A DNA stretch of 64,000 nucleotides from Candidatus Omnitrophota bacterium. Its GTDB lineage: Bacteria > Omnitrophota > Gorgyraeia > Tantalellales > Tantalellaceae. Within the stretch, counting starts at the first letter, position 1. Each line of letters starts with the position of its first letter. The notes under the pieces were generated by a model. It saw only the letters and a program-made list of their open reading frames with translations. It was not told the DNA's origin and ran no database searches. The translations under genes and the position numbers were made by a program. The stretch spans positions 13,181 to 77,180 of the forward strand of contig WJMG01000091.1 of NCBI GenBank assembly GCA_014728075.1, given 5' to 3'. Shown piece after piece: positions 46,078 to 56,407 of this stretch.

Positions 46078-48717
46078 ATGACCGAAAAACAAGAACAGAT
46101 ATACCTTATTGACGGTAATTCGCTCTGTTACCGGGCTTATTACGCCATCAAAGAGCTTGCGACTTCGAAGGGCAGGCCGACGAACGCCATTTACGGTTTT
46201 ATCAACATACTGGAAAAGATAAAACGGGAATACGGACCGGAAATGATGGTTGTCGCTTTCGATACTCCCGCTCCTACTGAAAGGCACAAAAGGTACGAGG
46301 AATATAAGATACACCGTAAGCCTATGCCGGATGACCTTGTTGAGCAAATGCCGGAGATCAAAAAAGTGATAAAGGCATTCGGTATACCCGTTCTGGAGAA
46401 GGATGGGTACGAAGCGGACGATATTATCGCAACGGTGGCCGAGCGCGCCAGGGATCAGGGGAAAAGCGTGGTGATAGTGAGCGGGGATAAAGACGCCTTA
46501 CAGCTTGTCGGAGAAAAGGTTAAGGTGCTGAGCCCTTCAACCTCCGCGTACAATCTTTACGGACCGGATGAAGTCAAGGAAAAATTCGGCGTGGAACCCG
46601 GAAAAATGGTCGAGCTTATGGCGCTGATGGGTGACGCCAGCGATAATGTTCCGGGGGTAAAAGGAGTGGGTAAGGTCACCGCTGCCAGGCTCATAGACCG
46701 ATATCGGACGGTTGAGGGGCTTTACGGCCACCTTGAGGAGCTTTCAGCTTCTCTTAAACAAAAGCTTTCCGATTCCAGGGAAGATGCCGAATTGAGCAGG
46801 GAGCTGGTAACGCTTGACAGGCAGGTCCCTGTAGACCTGGAGCTTTCCGAAGCGGCCGTACGGGAACCGGATACAGAGACCCTGATCCAACTTTACAAGG
46901 AATACGAGTTCAATAAGCTCCTGAAAGAGATAGCGCCCCGCGCAAGCAAGAAGGTGAACTACGAGATCTGCGACGCGGATAGGCTCAAAGCGTTCGCGGC
47001 GGGCTCCCGCGGGGGTAATGGCTTCGCTTTCTTTCCGGTCATAGACGATACTTCGGGCCGCCTTTCGGGCCTGGCTTTATCGGCGGCGGAAGGTTCGGCT
47101 ATCTTCGTGCCGACCGAGCTTGTTTCCGGGGGGGGTGATCTGGCTCGCCTGATGCGGAGCGATAAGGTCACCAAGGTCTGTTTTGACCTTAAGGCGCAAT
47201 TACGGCTTTTCCGACGGTCCGGCATCTCTATCGGCGGCCCTTTTTTCGATGTCATGCTCGCGGATTACCTGATCGACCCTTCAAGGCCGAAATACGAGCC
47301 CGATGATATGGCTATCCGTTACCTTGACCGCATTCTTTCCTCCGGAAAGAAGGATGTGAACTGGGACACCCAGGGGCAGGGCATGATGGACCTTTCGGAA
47401 GGGCCCGGCGACATCGAATATTTTTGCGAACGCGCGGATCTTTTCTTTACGCTGCGTCCCCGGCTGGAAGATGAACTCAGGGATAAGACGCTGATCCAAC
47501 TGTTCGAGACCGTGGAAATGCCCCTCGCGGAGATCCTGGCCGACATGGAAGATGAGGGGGTCACGGTGGACCTGGATTTCCTTTCCAGAGCTTCATCCGA
47601 AATGGGTGACCGCCTGGAAAAAGTGACGGCCGAAATATACGGTATAGCCGGAGAGGAATTCAATATTAATTCCCCGAAACAGCTGCAGGTAATACTTTAC
47701 GAAAAACTGGGTCTCCCGGCCCTGAAAAAGACAAAAACCGGTATTTCCACAGATGAATCCGTGCTTAAAAGGCTTGCCCGTAACCACGGGCTTCCCGAAA
47801 AGCTTCTGGAATACCGGGAGTTGAATAAGCTTAAAACGGCTTATTACGATTCCATCCGCAAACAGGCCGACCCTTCGGGAAAGATCCACGCTCTTTTCAA
47901 TCAGGCCGTAACCGCTACGGGAAGGCTTTCTTCCAGTGAACCCAACCTGCAGAACATTCCCGTGAAAACGCCGATGGGCCAGGAGATCCGTAAAGCTTTT
48001 ATTCCTTCATCGGGCGGCCGTTTACTGCTGGCCAGTGATTATTCCCAGGTTGAGTTAAGGGTTCTGGCCCATCTTTCGGGGGACAGAAATCTCATAAAAG
48101 CATTCGAAAGATCTGAGGATGTCCACAAGTATACCGCTTCACTTATATTTGACAGCTCCCTTGAGGAAGTTACTCCGGAAATGCGTTCAGTAGCTAAAAC
48201 GGTCAATTTCGGGATCGTATACGGGATAAGCGCGTTCGGGCTCTCGAAAGATCTGAACATCAGGATAGACGAGGCGCAGGGTTTCATAGACGCCTATTTC
48301 GAGAGATATTCCGGGATACGGGAATTCATAGAACGGACCGTATCCGAGGCGTGCGGGAACGGTTATGTCACGACTATCCTGGGCAGGCGGAGGTATATCC
48401 CGGAGATAAACAGTTCCAACGACAGGATAAAGGGATTTGCCGAGCGGGCGGCTGTCAATACCCCGGTCCAGGGATCGGCCGCCGACCTGATCAAGCTCGC
48501 TATGATAGAGTGCGGCAAAGAATTCCGGGACAGCGATGTGAAGATGATCCTGCAGGTTCACGATGAGCTTGTTTTTGATGTGCCCGGGAACAGGCTCAAA
48601 AAGGCGGCCGCAAAAGTAAAAAAAATGATGGAAAGCGTTTTTGACCTGAAGGTCCCCCTGGTCGCGGATGTGGAATACGGGCCCAACTGGCTGGAAATGG
48701 AACCGATGGACTTTTGA
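46078..48717 (+). CDS. polA: DNA polymerase I
   Basis: LIDGNS, YEADD 5'-3' exonuclease; TGRLSS..PNLQNIP, DYSQVELR, QVHDEL. Confidence 0.98.
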   Translation: MTEKQEQIYLIDGNSLCYRAYYAIKELATSKGRPTNAIYGFINILEKIKREYGPEMMVVAFDTPAPTERHKRYEEYKIHRKPMPDDLVEQMPEIKKVIKAFGIPVLEKDGYEADDIIATVAERARDQGKSVVIVSGDKDALQLVGEKVKVLSPSTSAYNLYGPDEVKEKFGVEPGKMVELMALMGDASDNVPGVKGVGKVTAARLIDRYRTVEGLYGHLEELSASLKQKLSDSREDAELSRELVTLDRQVPVDLELSEAAVREPDTETLIQLYKEYEFNKLLKEIAPRASKKVNYEICDADRLKAFAAGSRGGNGFAFFPVIDDTSGRLSGLALSAAEGSAIFVPTELVSGGGDLARLMRSDKVTKVCFDLKAQLRLFRRSGISIGGPFFDVMLADYLIDPSRPKYEPDDMAIRYLDRILSSGKKDVNWDTQGQGMMDLSEGPGDIEYFCERADLFFTLRPRLEDELRDKTLIQLFETVEMPLAEILADMEDEGVTVDLDFLSRASSEMGDRLEKVTAEIYGIAGEEFNINSPKQLQVILYEKLGLPALKKTKTGISTDESVLKRLARNHGLPEKLLEYRELNKLKTAYYDSIRKQADPSGKIHALFNQAVTATGRLSSSEPNLQNIPVKTPMGQEIRKAFIPSSGGRLLLASDYSQVELRVLAHLSGDRNLIKAFERSEDVHKYTASLIFDSSLEEVTPEMRSVAKTVNFGIVYGISAFGLSKDLNIRIDEAQGFIDAYFERYSGIREFIERTVSEACGNGYVTTILGRRRYIPEINSSNDRIKGFAERAAVNTPVQGSAADLIKLAMIECGKEFRDSDVKMILQVHDELVFDVPGNRLKKAAAKVKKMMESVFDLKVPLVADVEYGPNWLEMEPMDF

Positions 48718-48724
48718 GCGGTTT

Positions 48725-49303
48725 ATGGATAAGACCTTGAAGATAGGCGTTACCGGCGGTCTGGCATCCGGCAAAAGCACCGTTTCAGCGATGTTCGCCG
48801 AACTGGGGGCTAAGGTCATAGACGCTGACGCCGTTTCTCACGAGCTTTTACGGGGAGACCCGGAGGTGAAGCGCAGGATCCGGGACCGTTTCGGAGAAGA
48901 AGTTTTCCGGGAAGGGGAAGTCGACAGGGAAAGGTTGAGGAGAAAAGCCTTTAAGTCGTCAGAGTGTCTCCGCGGCCTCTGCTCCATATTACATCCGGGA
49001 ATAATAGAAAAGATAAAAAAGGAAGCGCGGGCTTCAGGTGATCCGGTGGTGATCGACGCGCCTCTTCTCATCGAGTCAGGGCTTAACGACTTCGTCGATG
49101 TTGTTGTTCTGGTCGCCGCTCCCTATGGGACAAGGTTGAAAAGGGCCGGGATGCGGGGGCTTTCCGAGGCTGAGGCGGTCAGGATGATGGAGAACCAGAT
49201 GTCGGAGGAAGAAAAGAGGGGATACGCCGACTATATAATAGATAACAGTGATGATATTGAGATAACAAAAGAAGGAGTAAGAAAGATATGGCAAAAAATG
49301 TGA
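48725..49303 (+). CDS. coaE: Dephospho-CoA kinase
   Basis: [24 protein letters not shown]; start ATG 48725. Confidence 0.95.
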   Translation: MDKTLKIGVTGGLASGKSTVSAMFAELGAKVIDADAVSHELLRGDPEVKRRIRDRFGEEVFREGEVDRERLRRKAFKSSECLRGLCSILHPGIIEKIKKEARASGDPVVIDAPLLIESGLNDFVDVVVLVAAPYGTRLKRAGMRGLSEAEAVRMMENQMSEEEKRGYADYIIDNSDDIEITKEGVRKIWQKM

Positions 49304-50601
49304 GTAAAGGGGAAACGAGAAAGACCTCTAAGCGCCCGGAAAGGAAAGAGCTGGATATAGTGCAGCTTAAGAACATGAAGATCGGTGAACTGACCGAACT
49401 TGCCAAGAGCCTTAATATTAACGGAATAAGCGGTATGAAGAAGCACGACCTGATTTTCAGCATACTGCAGGCTAAGGTTGAGAAGAGCGGCCTGGCTTAC
49501 GGTGAAGGGGTCCTGGAAAAACTTGAGGATGGGTTCGGGTTTCTCAGGAGCCCGGATTATAATTACCTGCCCTGTCCGGACGATATATATGTCTCTCCGT
49601 CACAGATCAGGCGGTTCAACCTGAAGACGGGGGATACGGTCAGCGGACAGATACGCCCTCCCAAGGACGGTGAAAGGTATTTCGCTCTTCTTAAAGTGGA
49701 AGCCGTTAATTTCGAGAACCCTGAAGTGGCGAAGAACAAGATATTCTTCGAGAACCTGACGCCGCTCTATCCCGAAGAAAGGTTCGATCTCGAAACTTCC
49801 TCTGACGAGATCTCCATGCGTATTATGGACCTTTTGACCCCTGTAGGGAAAGGCCAGAGAGGAATGATAGTCGCTCCTCCATACAGCGGGAAGACAGTTT
49901 TCCTTCAGAAGTTCGCCAACAGCATAACTTCCAATTATCCCGAAGTAAAGCTCATCATACTGTTGATCGATGAGCGTCCCGAGGAAGTTACGGACATGCA
50001 GAGGTCGGTAGACGCGGAAGTTATAAGTTCTACTTTTGACGAGCCGCAGCAGAGGCATTGTCAGGTAGCTGAAATGGTCCTCGAAAAGGCCAAACGGCTG
50101 GTCGAGCATAAGCATGATGTTGTAATATTGCTTGATTCGATAACGAGGCTGGCCAGGGCATATAACACAGTGGTGCCCCATTCGGGAAAGATATTGTCCG
50201 GCGGGGTCGACTCCAACGCCCTCCACAGACCCAAAAGGTTCTTCGGAGCCGCCAGGAATATCGAAGAAGGGGGAAGTCTGACCATAATAGCGACCGCGCT
50301 TATTGATACGGGAAGCAGGATGGATGAAGTTATTTTCGAGGAGTTCAAAGGGACCGGAAATATGGAAATACAGCTTGACCGCAGCCTTTTCCAGAGAAGG
50401 ATATTCCCCGCGATCGACATTAAGCGTTCTAATACCCGGAAGGAAGATCTTCTGATAGAGCCCGATGAATTGCAGAAGATATGGCTCATGCGCAAGGCGC
50501 TGAGCGACCTCGATTCAGCGGAAGCTATGCAGCTTCTTATCAGCCGGATGAAAAAGAGCAAGGATAACGAGGAATTTCTCAACAATATGGGACAGGCTTG
50601 A
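49288..50601 (+). CDS. rho: Transcription termination factor Rho
   Basis: [37 protein letters not shown]. Confidence 0.98.
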   Translation: MAKNVSKGETRKTSKRPERKELDIVQLKNMKIGELTELAKSLNINGISGMKKHDLIFSILQAKVEKSGLAYGEGVLEKLEDGFGFLRSPDYNYLPCPDDIYVSPSQIRRFNLKTGDTVSGQIRPPKDGERYFALLKVEAVNFENPEVAKNKIFFENLTPLYPEERFDLETSSDEISMRIMDLLTPVGKGQRGMIVAPPYSGKTVFLQKFANSITSNYPEVKLIILLIDERPEEVTDMQRSVDAEVISSTFDEPQQRHCQVAEMVLEKAKRLVEHKHDVVILLDSITRLARAYNTVVPHSGKILSGGVDSNALHRPKRFFGAARNIEEGGSLTIIATALIDTGSRMDEVIFEEFKGTGNMEIQLDRSLFQRRIFPAIDIKRSNTRKEDLLIEPDELQKIWLMRKALSDLDSAEAMQLLISRMKKSKDNEEFLNNMGQA

Positions 50602-50751
50602 TCGGCCCAAAGGGAATCGTATCTTTCCCGGATCCCGGTCGAGGATTTCATAGAAAAGAGCCTGTATCGGAATGTTGTTTCTTGAACTTCCTGTCAACTT
50701 AACATGCTATGCGCTTTTTTCCCGGCGAGGTCCACGGAACGCAATAAATAC

Positions 50752-50779
50752 TTGATATTTACGCTAAATTTAGTACAAT
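50752..50779 (+). promoter_or_regulatory. Sigma70-type promoter for rpmE-prfA
   Basis: TTGATA, 16-bp spacer, TACAAT. Confidence 0.55.
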
Positions 50780-50831
50780 ATTAGTTCGCCTTGACATGCG
50801 TATAAATAAATATATATAAGGAGGGTTAGAA

Positions 50832-51077
50832 GTGAAGAAAGGTATACATCCTAAATATGAGGATTCGACGATCGTATGTGTGTGCGGGAACACGGTGCAT
50901 ACCCGTTCCACTAAACCCAGTATACATGTAGAGATATGTTCCAAATGCCATCCTTTCTATACCGGAAAACAGAAACTTGTCGACTCCGCCGGTATGGTCG
51001 AAAGGTTTCAGAAAAGGTATGCCTCAAAGGGCAAGAAGGCCGCAAAGAAGCAGGAGAAACCCGCTGAAGGTGAATGA
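50832..51077 (+). CDS. rpmE: 50S ribosomal protein L31 (zinc-binding type)
   Basis: [23 protein letters not shown]. Confidence 0.97.
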   Translation: MKKGIHPKYEDSTIVCVCGNTVHTRSTKPSIHVEICSKCHPFYTGKQKLVDSAGMVERFQKRYASKGKKAAKKQEKPAEGE

Positions 51078-51187
51078 TCTGCTTAAGCGGCGTCAGATAT
51101 AGATCAAAGGCTAAAGGAACAATTTGACAGATGGTTGGCGGATCGTAAAGGATTTGCCAATCATGTTTTTTTATTAATTAATATTAT

Positions 51188-52255
51188 ATGTTCGAGTCTC
51201 TCAAAGATAAAAAAGAACAGTTCAAAAAGCTGGAGAAAGAGCTTTCTTCTCCGGACCTGTTATCCGACAGGGAGAAATACCGTGAAAAAACAAAGCAATA
51301 CGCGGATCTCAAGGAAATAGTCGAGGAATATGACAGGTATCTCGCTCTCGAAGCGGAACGGGAATCCCTTTGCCGGATGATAGAAGAGGAGGGCGAAAGC
51401 GAATACGCCCAGCTGGCGGGAAAAGAACTGGAAGGAATAGAAAAAGCCCTTGGCGGCAAAAAAAAGGACCTGGAGGACCTTTTGCTGCTGGAAGACTCCG
51501 AAGAGCTCAAGAGGAATGTGATAATGGAGATCCGTGCCGGTACCGGAGGCGTGGAAGCCGGTCTTTTTGCCGGAGACCTTTATAAGATGTATACGAAATA
51601 TTCCGCCGCGAAGGGATGGAAGACCCCGGTCATCAGTCTTACCGAAACGGAGCTGGGGGGAGTAAAGGAAGTTATTTTTTCCGTTGAGGGACACAATGTG
51701 TTCAGGCACCTGAGGTTCGAGAAAGGTACCCACAGGGTACAGCGGGTCCCCGAGACTGAAGCCAGCGGAAGGATCCATACTTCGGCCGCTACGGTGGCGG
51801 TGCTTCCCGAAGCGGAAGATGTGGAGGTAGACATCAATTCTCAGGATCTGAGGATAGATGTCTACAGGGCGAGCGGGGCCGGAGGACAGCATGTCAACAA
51901 GACCGAATCGGCGGTTCGTATAACTCATTTGCCTACCGGAATAGTGGTAAGCTGTCAGGACGAAAGAAGTCAGCACAAGAACAAGAACAAGGCCATGAAA
52001 GTGCTGAAAGCCCGTCTGCTTGAGAAAAAAGAGGAAGACCAGATGAAACAGCGTTCTGAGGCAAGAAAAAAACAGGTAGGCAGCGGAGACAGGTCGGAGA
52101 AGATCAGGACCTACAATTTTCCCGAGAACAGGGTGACCGACCACCGGATAAACCTGTCGCTGTATGATCTGGCCAATATCCTGGAGGGGGATCTCGAGGG
52201 ACTTGTGGAGGCGCTTAACAAGGCCGACAGGGAGCTCAGGCTGAATGAGGCATGA
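51188..52255 (+). CDS. prfA: Peptide chain release factor 1
   Basis: PET motif (QRVPETE), GGQ, RTYNFP. Confidence 0.97.
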   Translation: MFESLKDKKEQFKKLEKELSSPDLLSDREKYREKTKQYADLKEIVEEYDRYLALEAERESLCRMIEEEGESEYAQLAGKELEGIEKALGGKKKDLEDLLLLEDSEELKRNVIMEIRAGTGGVEAGLFAGDLYKMYTKYSAAKGWKTPVISLTETELGGVKEVIFSVEGHNVFRHLRFEKGTHRVQRVPETEASGRIHTSAATVAVLPEAEDVEVDINSQDLRIDVYRASGAGGQHVNKTESAVRITHLPTGIVVSCQDERSQHKNKNKAMKVLKARLLEKKEEDQMKQRSEARKKQVGSGDRSEKIRTYNFPENRVTDHRINLSLYDLANILEGDLEGLVEALNKADRELRLNEA

Positions 52256-52955
52256 TATGTCCGAATTGTCCGTTGATAACGCTCTGAACGAGAATATACC
52301 GGTACAGTACAGGAAGGGCAAGGCGTCTTTCCTGGACATTGATGTTTCCGTGGATCCCAGGGTGTTTATACCCAGGCCCGAGACCGGGGTCCTCGTTAAG
52401 GTTGTTTGCGAAACCTGTCGTAAGGAAGGGTGGGACGGTCCGCGTATTCTGGAACTGGGAACGGGCAGCGGGATAATACCTATAAGCCTTGCCAGGCGTC
52501 TTCCCGGTGTGCGCATAACGGCAGTGGATATTTCCAGGGACGCTTTGGCCGTGGCCGCGGATAACATTAACGCTTTCGGGGTTTCCGGCCGTATAGATCT
52601 TCTGGAGTCTGACATGTTCGATTCACTGGGGCAGGGGTATACGGAAATTTTTGATGTTATCGTGTCAAATCCTCCCTATGTTTCGGAGCCGGATCTCGCG
52701 CGTCTGGATGTATGGGTAAAGGCCGAACCCGAGATAGCGCTTTTGTCCGGGGATGAGGGGATGGACCACCTTATGATAATAGCTTCGCGGTCAAGGCGTT
52801 ACCTGAAAAAAGGCGGCATGGTAGCCGTTGAGGTCGGATATGACCAGGCTGAAAAGGTCAAGCGCGCTTTCAGGGAGAACGGGTTGGAGGAGATCGCTTC
52901 TTTTCGGGATGAAGCCGGCCACGAGCGGGTAATAACGGGGCGTAAGAATGGATAA
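52245..52955 (+). CDS. prmC: Release factor glutamine methyltransferase (short N-terminus)
   Basis: [19 protein letters not shown]; follows prfA. Confidence 0.93.
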   Translation: MRHDMSELSVDNALNENIPVQYRKGKASFLDIDVSVDPRVFIPRPETGVLVKVVCETCRKEGWDGPRILELGTGSGIIPISLARRLPGVRITAVDISRDALAVAADNINAFGVSGRIDLLESDMFDSLGQGYTEIFDVIVSNPPYVSEPDLARLDVWVKAEPEIALLSGDEGMDHLMIIASRSRRYLKKGGMVAVEVGYDQAEKVKRAFRENGLEEIASFRDEAGHERVITGRKNG

Positions 52956-54213
52956 GCTGGTCATAGAAGGAGGGGCTCCCCTTGCCGGGGAGATACAGAT
53001 AAGCGGTTCCAAGAACGCGTGCCTTCCCATCCTCGCGGCTTCAATACTCACCGAGGACGAATGTGTCATCGGTAATGTCCCTGAGCTTAAGGATGTCGGG
53101 ACGATGATAAAGATACTGGGGGCCCTGGGCAAGAACGCGCGTATAGATTCAGGTTCTGTTTCGGTAAAAGCGGGTAAGATAGATAATGTTACGGCATCTT
53201 ACGATCTCGTGAGCACGATGCGGGCGTCAATCTCCGTTCTGGGCCCGCTTCTCGGGAAATACGGAAGGGCAAAGGTTTCGTTCCCGGGGGGGTGTGTGAT
53301 CGGCCCCAGGCCGATAGACCTCCATCTGAAGGGCCTGAGGGCCCTGGGAGCGGATATCAGGATAGAGGAAGGTTATATCATAGCGGACGCTCCCAGGCTC
53401 AAGGGGGCAAGAGTATACCTGGGAGGGCATTTCGGATCCAGTGTACTGGCTACCGCCAACACTCTTTCCGCGGCCGTTCTGGCCGAAGGTGAGACGGTGA
53501 TCGAGGACGCCGCATGTGAGCCGGAAGTCGAGGACCTTTCAAATTTCCTGGTAGCGATGGGGGCGGACATTTCAGGGATAGGGACCCCTACCCTTGTAGT
53601 GAGAGGCGTCGATTCGCTCAGAGGCGTGTCTTACGATGTGATATCCGACAGGATAGAGGCCGGTACATATATGATAGCGGCGATATTGACGGGGGGAAGG
53701 CTCTCTCTTAAGAACGCTTTCGCGGGACATAACCTTGCGCTAATAGATAAGCTCAGCGAATGCGGAGGTGTCGTTGAGGAGCATGCATGGGGGCTTGAGG
53801 TATACAGGCGCGGAGAGGATATAGAAGCTACTCATATCACGACCTTGACCTATCCCGGTTTTCCGACGGACCTTCAGGCTCAGATGATGAGCCTGGTCGC
53901 TCTGAGCAGAGGGATAAGTGTAATAACCGAGAAAATATACCCCGAAAGGTTCATAAATATAAGCGAGCTTAACAGGATGGGCGCGGATATAATGCTGGAA
54001 GGTTCTTCCGCGATAATAAACGGCGTTGACCGTTTGAGCGGGACAAGGGTCATGGCTTCCGATCTGAGAGCGTCAGCCGCCCTGGTGCTTGCCGGGCTGG
54101 TAGCGGAAGGTGTTACCGAGATCTCCAGGATATACCACCTTGACAGGGGATATGAGAAGATAGAGAAAAAATTATCCGAGGTCGGAGCTAAAATACGCAG
54201 GGAAAGCGAATGA
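52948..54213 (+). CDS. murA: UDP-N-acetylglucosamine 1-carboxyvinyltransferase
   Basis: SGSKNA, PGGCVIGPRPIDLH, PGFPTDLQ, HLDRGYE. Confidence 0.97.
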   Translation: MDKLVIEGGAPLAGEIQISGSKNACLPILAASILTEDECVIGNVPELKDVGTMIKILGALGKNARIDSGSVSVKAGKIDNVTASYDLVSTMRASISVLGPLLGKYGRAKVSFPGGCVIGPRPIDLHLKGLRALGADIRIEEGYIIADAPRLKGARVYLGGHFGSSVLATANTLSAAVLAEGETVIEDAACEPEVEDLSNFLVAMGADISGIGTPTLVVRGVDSLRGVSYDVISDRIEAGTYMIAAILTGGRLSLKNAFAGHNLALIDKLSECGGVVEEHAWGLEVYRRGEDIEATHITTLTYPGFPTDLQAQMMSLVALSRGISVITEKIYPERFINISELNRMGADIMLEGSSAIINGVDRLSGTRVMASDLRASAALVLAGLVAEGVTEISRIYHLDRGYEKIEKKLSEVGAKIRRESE

Positions 54214-54343
54214 TCTGAAAAGGATCGCCTGAGAGCTATTCGCTGAGAGGTTTAGAGAAACGGGAAAGTCCGTAAAGGTTAGTCAGGCAGCCCGGTATGC
54301 TATGCCGGGGGCAGGCATAAAATGAAACAAGGAGGATAAAGTA

Positions 54344-54586
54344 ATGTCGGTAGTATTGAGATTGAAGAAGTTCGGCAGTAAGAAAAACCCCTTTTACAGG
54401 ATCGTTGCCATGACCAAATCCACGAAAAGGGACGGAAGGGCCCTGGAAGAGCTCGGGCATTATGACCCCAAAAAGGGTAAGGATAAGGTTACTCTTGACA
54501 GGGAGAGGGTCGGGTACTGGCTCAAGAACGGCGCAAAGCCTTCCGAAACGGTAAGCAGCATAATAAAAAGACTAGAGATCGGTTGA
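54344..54586 (+). CDS. rpsP: 30S ribosomal protein S16
   Basis: LRLKKFG.K..PFYRIV, RDGR, GAKPSETV. Confidence 0.96.
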   Translation: MSVVLRLKKFGSKKNPFYRIVAMTKSTKRDGRALEELGHYDPKKGKDKVTLDRERVGYWLKNGAKPSETVSSIIKRLEIG

Positions 54587-54620
54587 TCGTCAGGGAGTAT
54601 TTGCTATTCAGCGGAGTTCC

Positions 54621-55304
54621 ATGAAAATAGACATAATCACTCTGTTCCCCGGCATGTTCAGCGGTCCTTTCGATGAGTCCATAATAAAACGGGCGAAGCA
54701 AAAAGGACTGGTGGATGTATGCATACACGACCTGAGGAAATGGACGGATGATCTTCATCGTACGGTCGACGACAAGCCTTACGGGGGAGGCCCGGGGATG
54801 GTCATGAAGGTCGAACCCGTGGACAGGGCGCTTTCCGAGATCAGGCCCGGGCCTGGATCCTATACGGAAGTTATCCTTATAACGCCGCAGGGAAATAGAT
54901 TTGACCAGAGTACAGCCCGGGACCTGTCCGGAAAGGACCGTCTTATCTTTATTTGCGGCCATTACGAGGGGTTCGACGAAAGGATCAGGTCTCTCGTCGA
55001 TTCAGAGATATCGATAGGCGATTTCGTGCTTACATGCGGAGAGTTGCCTGCCATGGTAATATGCGATTCTGTCATAAGGCTCCTGCCCGGTGTGCTGGGT
55101 GACGAGGCATGTCTTGAACATGAATCCTTTGAGCACGGGTTGCTTGAGTATCCCCAGTATACCCGACCCGCTGATTATAAAGGCATGAAGGTCCCCGGGG
55201 TGCTTCTGTGCGGGGACCCCAAAAAAATATCCGCATGGCAGGAACAGATGTCCCTGGAAAGGACGAAAGAAAGAAGGCCGGACCTTTTAAAGCACAGGAA
55301 GTGA
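54621..55304 (+). CDS. trmD: tRNA (guanine37-N1)-methyltransferase
   Basis: DDKPYGGGPGMV, CGHYEGFDER, SIGDFVL, EYPQYTRP. Confidence 0.97.
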   Translation: MKIDIITLFPGMFSGPFDESIIKRAKQKGLVDVCIHDLRKWTDDLHRTVDDKPYGGGPGMVMKVEPVDRALSEIRPGPGSYTEVILITPQGNRFDQSTARDLSGKDRLIFICGHYEGFDERIRSLVDSEISIGDFVLTCGELPAMVICDSVIRLLPGVLGDEACLEHESFEHGLLEYPQYTRPADYKGMKVPGVLLCGDPKKISAWQEQMSLERTKERRPDLLKHRK

Positions 55305-55375
55305 TGAAGCGCCGCTGAGCGGCGCCTTCTGGCATAGAAGACAATGTAACAGAGAGCAGATCTACAGGAGGAAAA

Positions 55376-55738
55376 ATGAAACAGATAAAGGACCTGGAAT
55401 CAAAATACATCAAAAAGGATGTTCCCGATTTTAATGTGGGGGATACCGTTGATGTCCATTTCCGGATCAAGGAAGAGAACAAAATGCGTATACAGGTCTT
55501 CAACGGCATAGTGATAAGCCGCAAAGGAGACGGTACGCGTGAGATGTTCACCGTCAGGAGAATATCGTACGGCGAGGGTGTGGAGCGCATTTTCCCCCTT
55601 AATTCACCTCTGGTTGAAAAAATAGTGGTAAAGAAAAAGGGTGAGGTCAGAAGGGCAAAACTTTATTATCTCAGGGCCAAGAAAGGAAAGAAGGCTACAC
55701 GGGTAAAGGAGAAAATTGTCCACAAAAAAGAATCCTGA
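55376..55738 (+). CDS. rplS: 50S ribosomal protein L19
   Basis: [26 protein letters not shown]. Confidence 0.97.
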   Translation: MKQIKDLESKYIKKDVPDFNVGDTVDVHFRIKEENKMRIQVFNGIVISRKGDGTREMFTVRRISYGEGVERIFPLNSPLVEKIVVKKKGEVRRAKLYYLRAKKGKKATRVKEKIVHKKES

Positions 55739-56351
55739 GCCGGCAGATCGGCTGCTTTTCGAGAAAAAAGCCTTTGATGAAGGATTCGGTGCCGTAGCCG
55801 GCATAGACGAAGCCGGAAGGGGCCCTCTGGCAGGTCCCGTGGTCGCGGCCGCCGTGGTAGTGATCAACTCCGATTTTTCGGAAAGGATAGATGATTCAAA
55901 AAAACTGACAGAGCGCGCCAGGGAAAGAGCCTTTCTGGAGATAATGGACAAATGCGATGTGGGTATCGGCAGGGCCGAGGTTGAAGATATAGATACGATC
56001 AATATATTGAACGCTACCCTGCTGGCCATGAAAAGGGCCGTTCACGATCTTTCGCGCCGGCCCGATTACCTCCTTGTGGACGGTATGATGGACCTTGACC
56101 TGCCGCAGGAAAGGATGTGTCTTGTAAGAGGAGAGGCCCACAGTATCTCTATAGCCTGCGCTTCCATCGTTGCTAAGGTTTTCCGGGACAAGCTAATGGC
56201 CGAATATGAGCGTGAATATCCTGTATACGGCTTCGGCAGGCATAAGGGGTATGGCACAAAAGCGCACATAGAGGCGATAAGAGAACACGGTCTGTGTCCG
56301 ATACACCGCAGGTCTTTCGGTCCGTGCGGAGCTCAGGGGCGCAGAGATTAA
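55716..56351 (+). CDS. rnhB: Ribonuclease HII
   Basis: [25 protein letters not shown]. Confidence 0.96.
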   Translation: MSTKKNPEPADRLLFEKKAFDEGFGAVAGIDEAGRGPLAGPVVAAAVVVINSDFSERIDDSKKLTERARERAFLEIMDKCDVGIGRAEVEDIDTINILNATLLAMKRAVHDLSRRPDYLLVDGMMDLDLPQERMCLVRGEAHSISIACASIVAKVFRDKLMAEYEREYPVYGFGRHKGYGTKAHIEAIREHGLCPIHRRSFGPCGAQGRRD

Positions 56352-56407
56352 AGGAGCCGTAGTATTTTCCGCCGGTCTTCGGTCGAGAAGAAAAAAAGGA
56401 GTTCAAG

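Noticed and set aside
54255-54275. GGAAAGTCCG resembling the RNase P RNA conserved motif
   Set aside because: The intergenic region is only about 130 nt and lacks the other RNase P elements.
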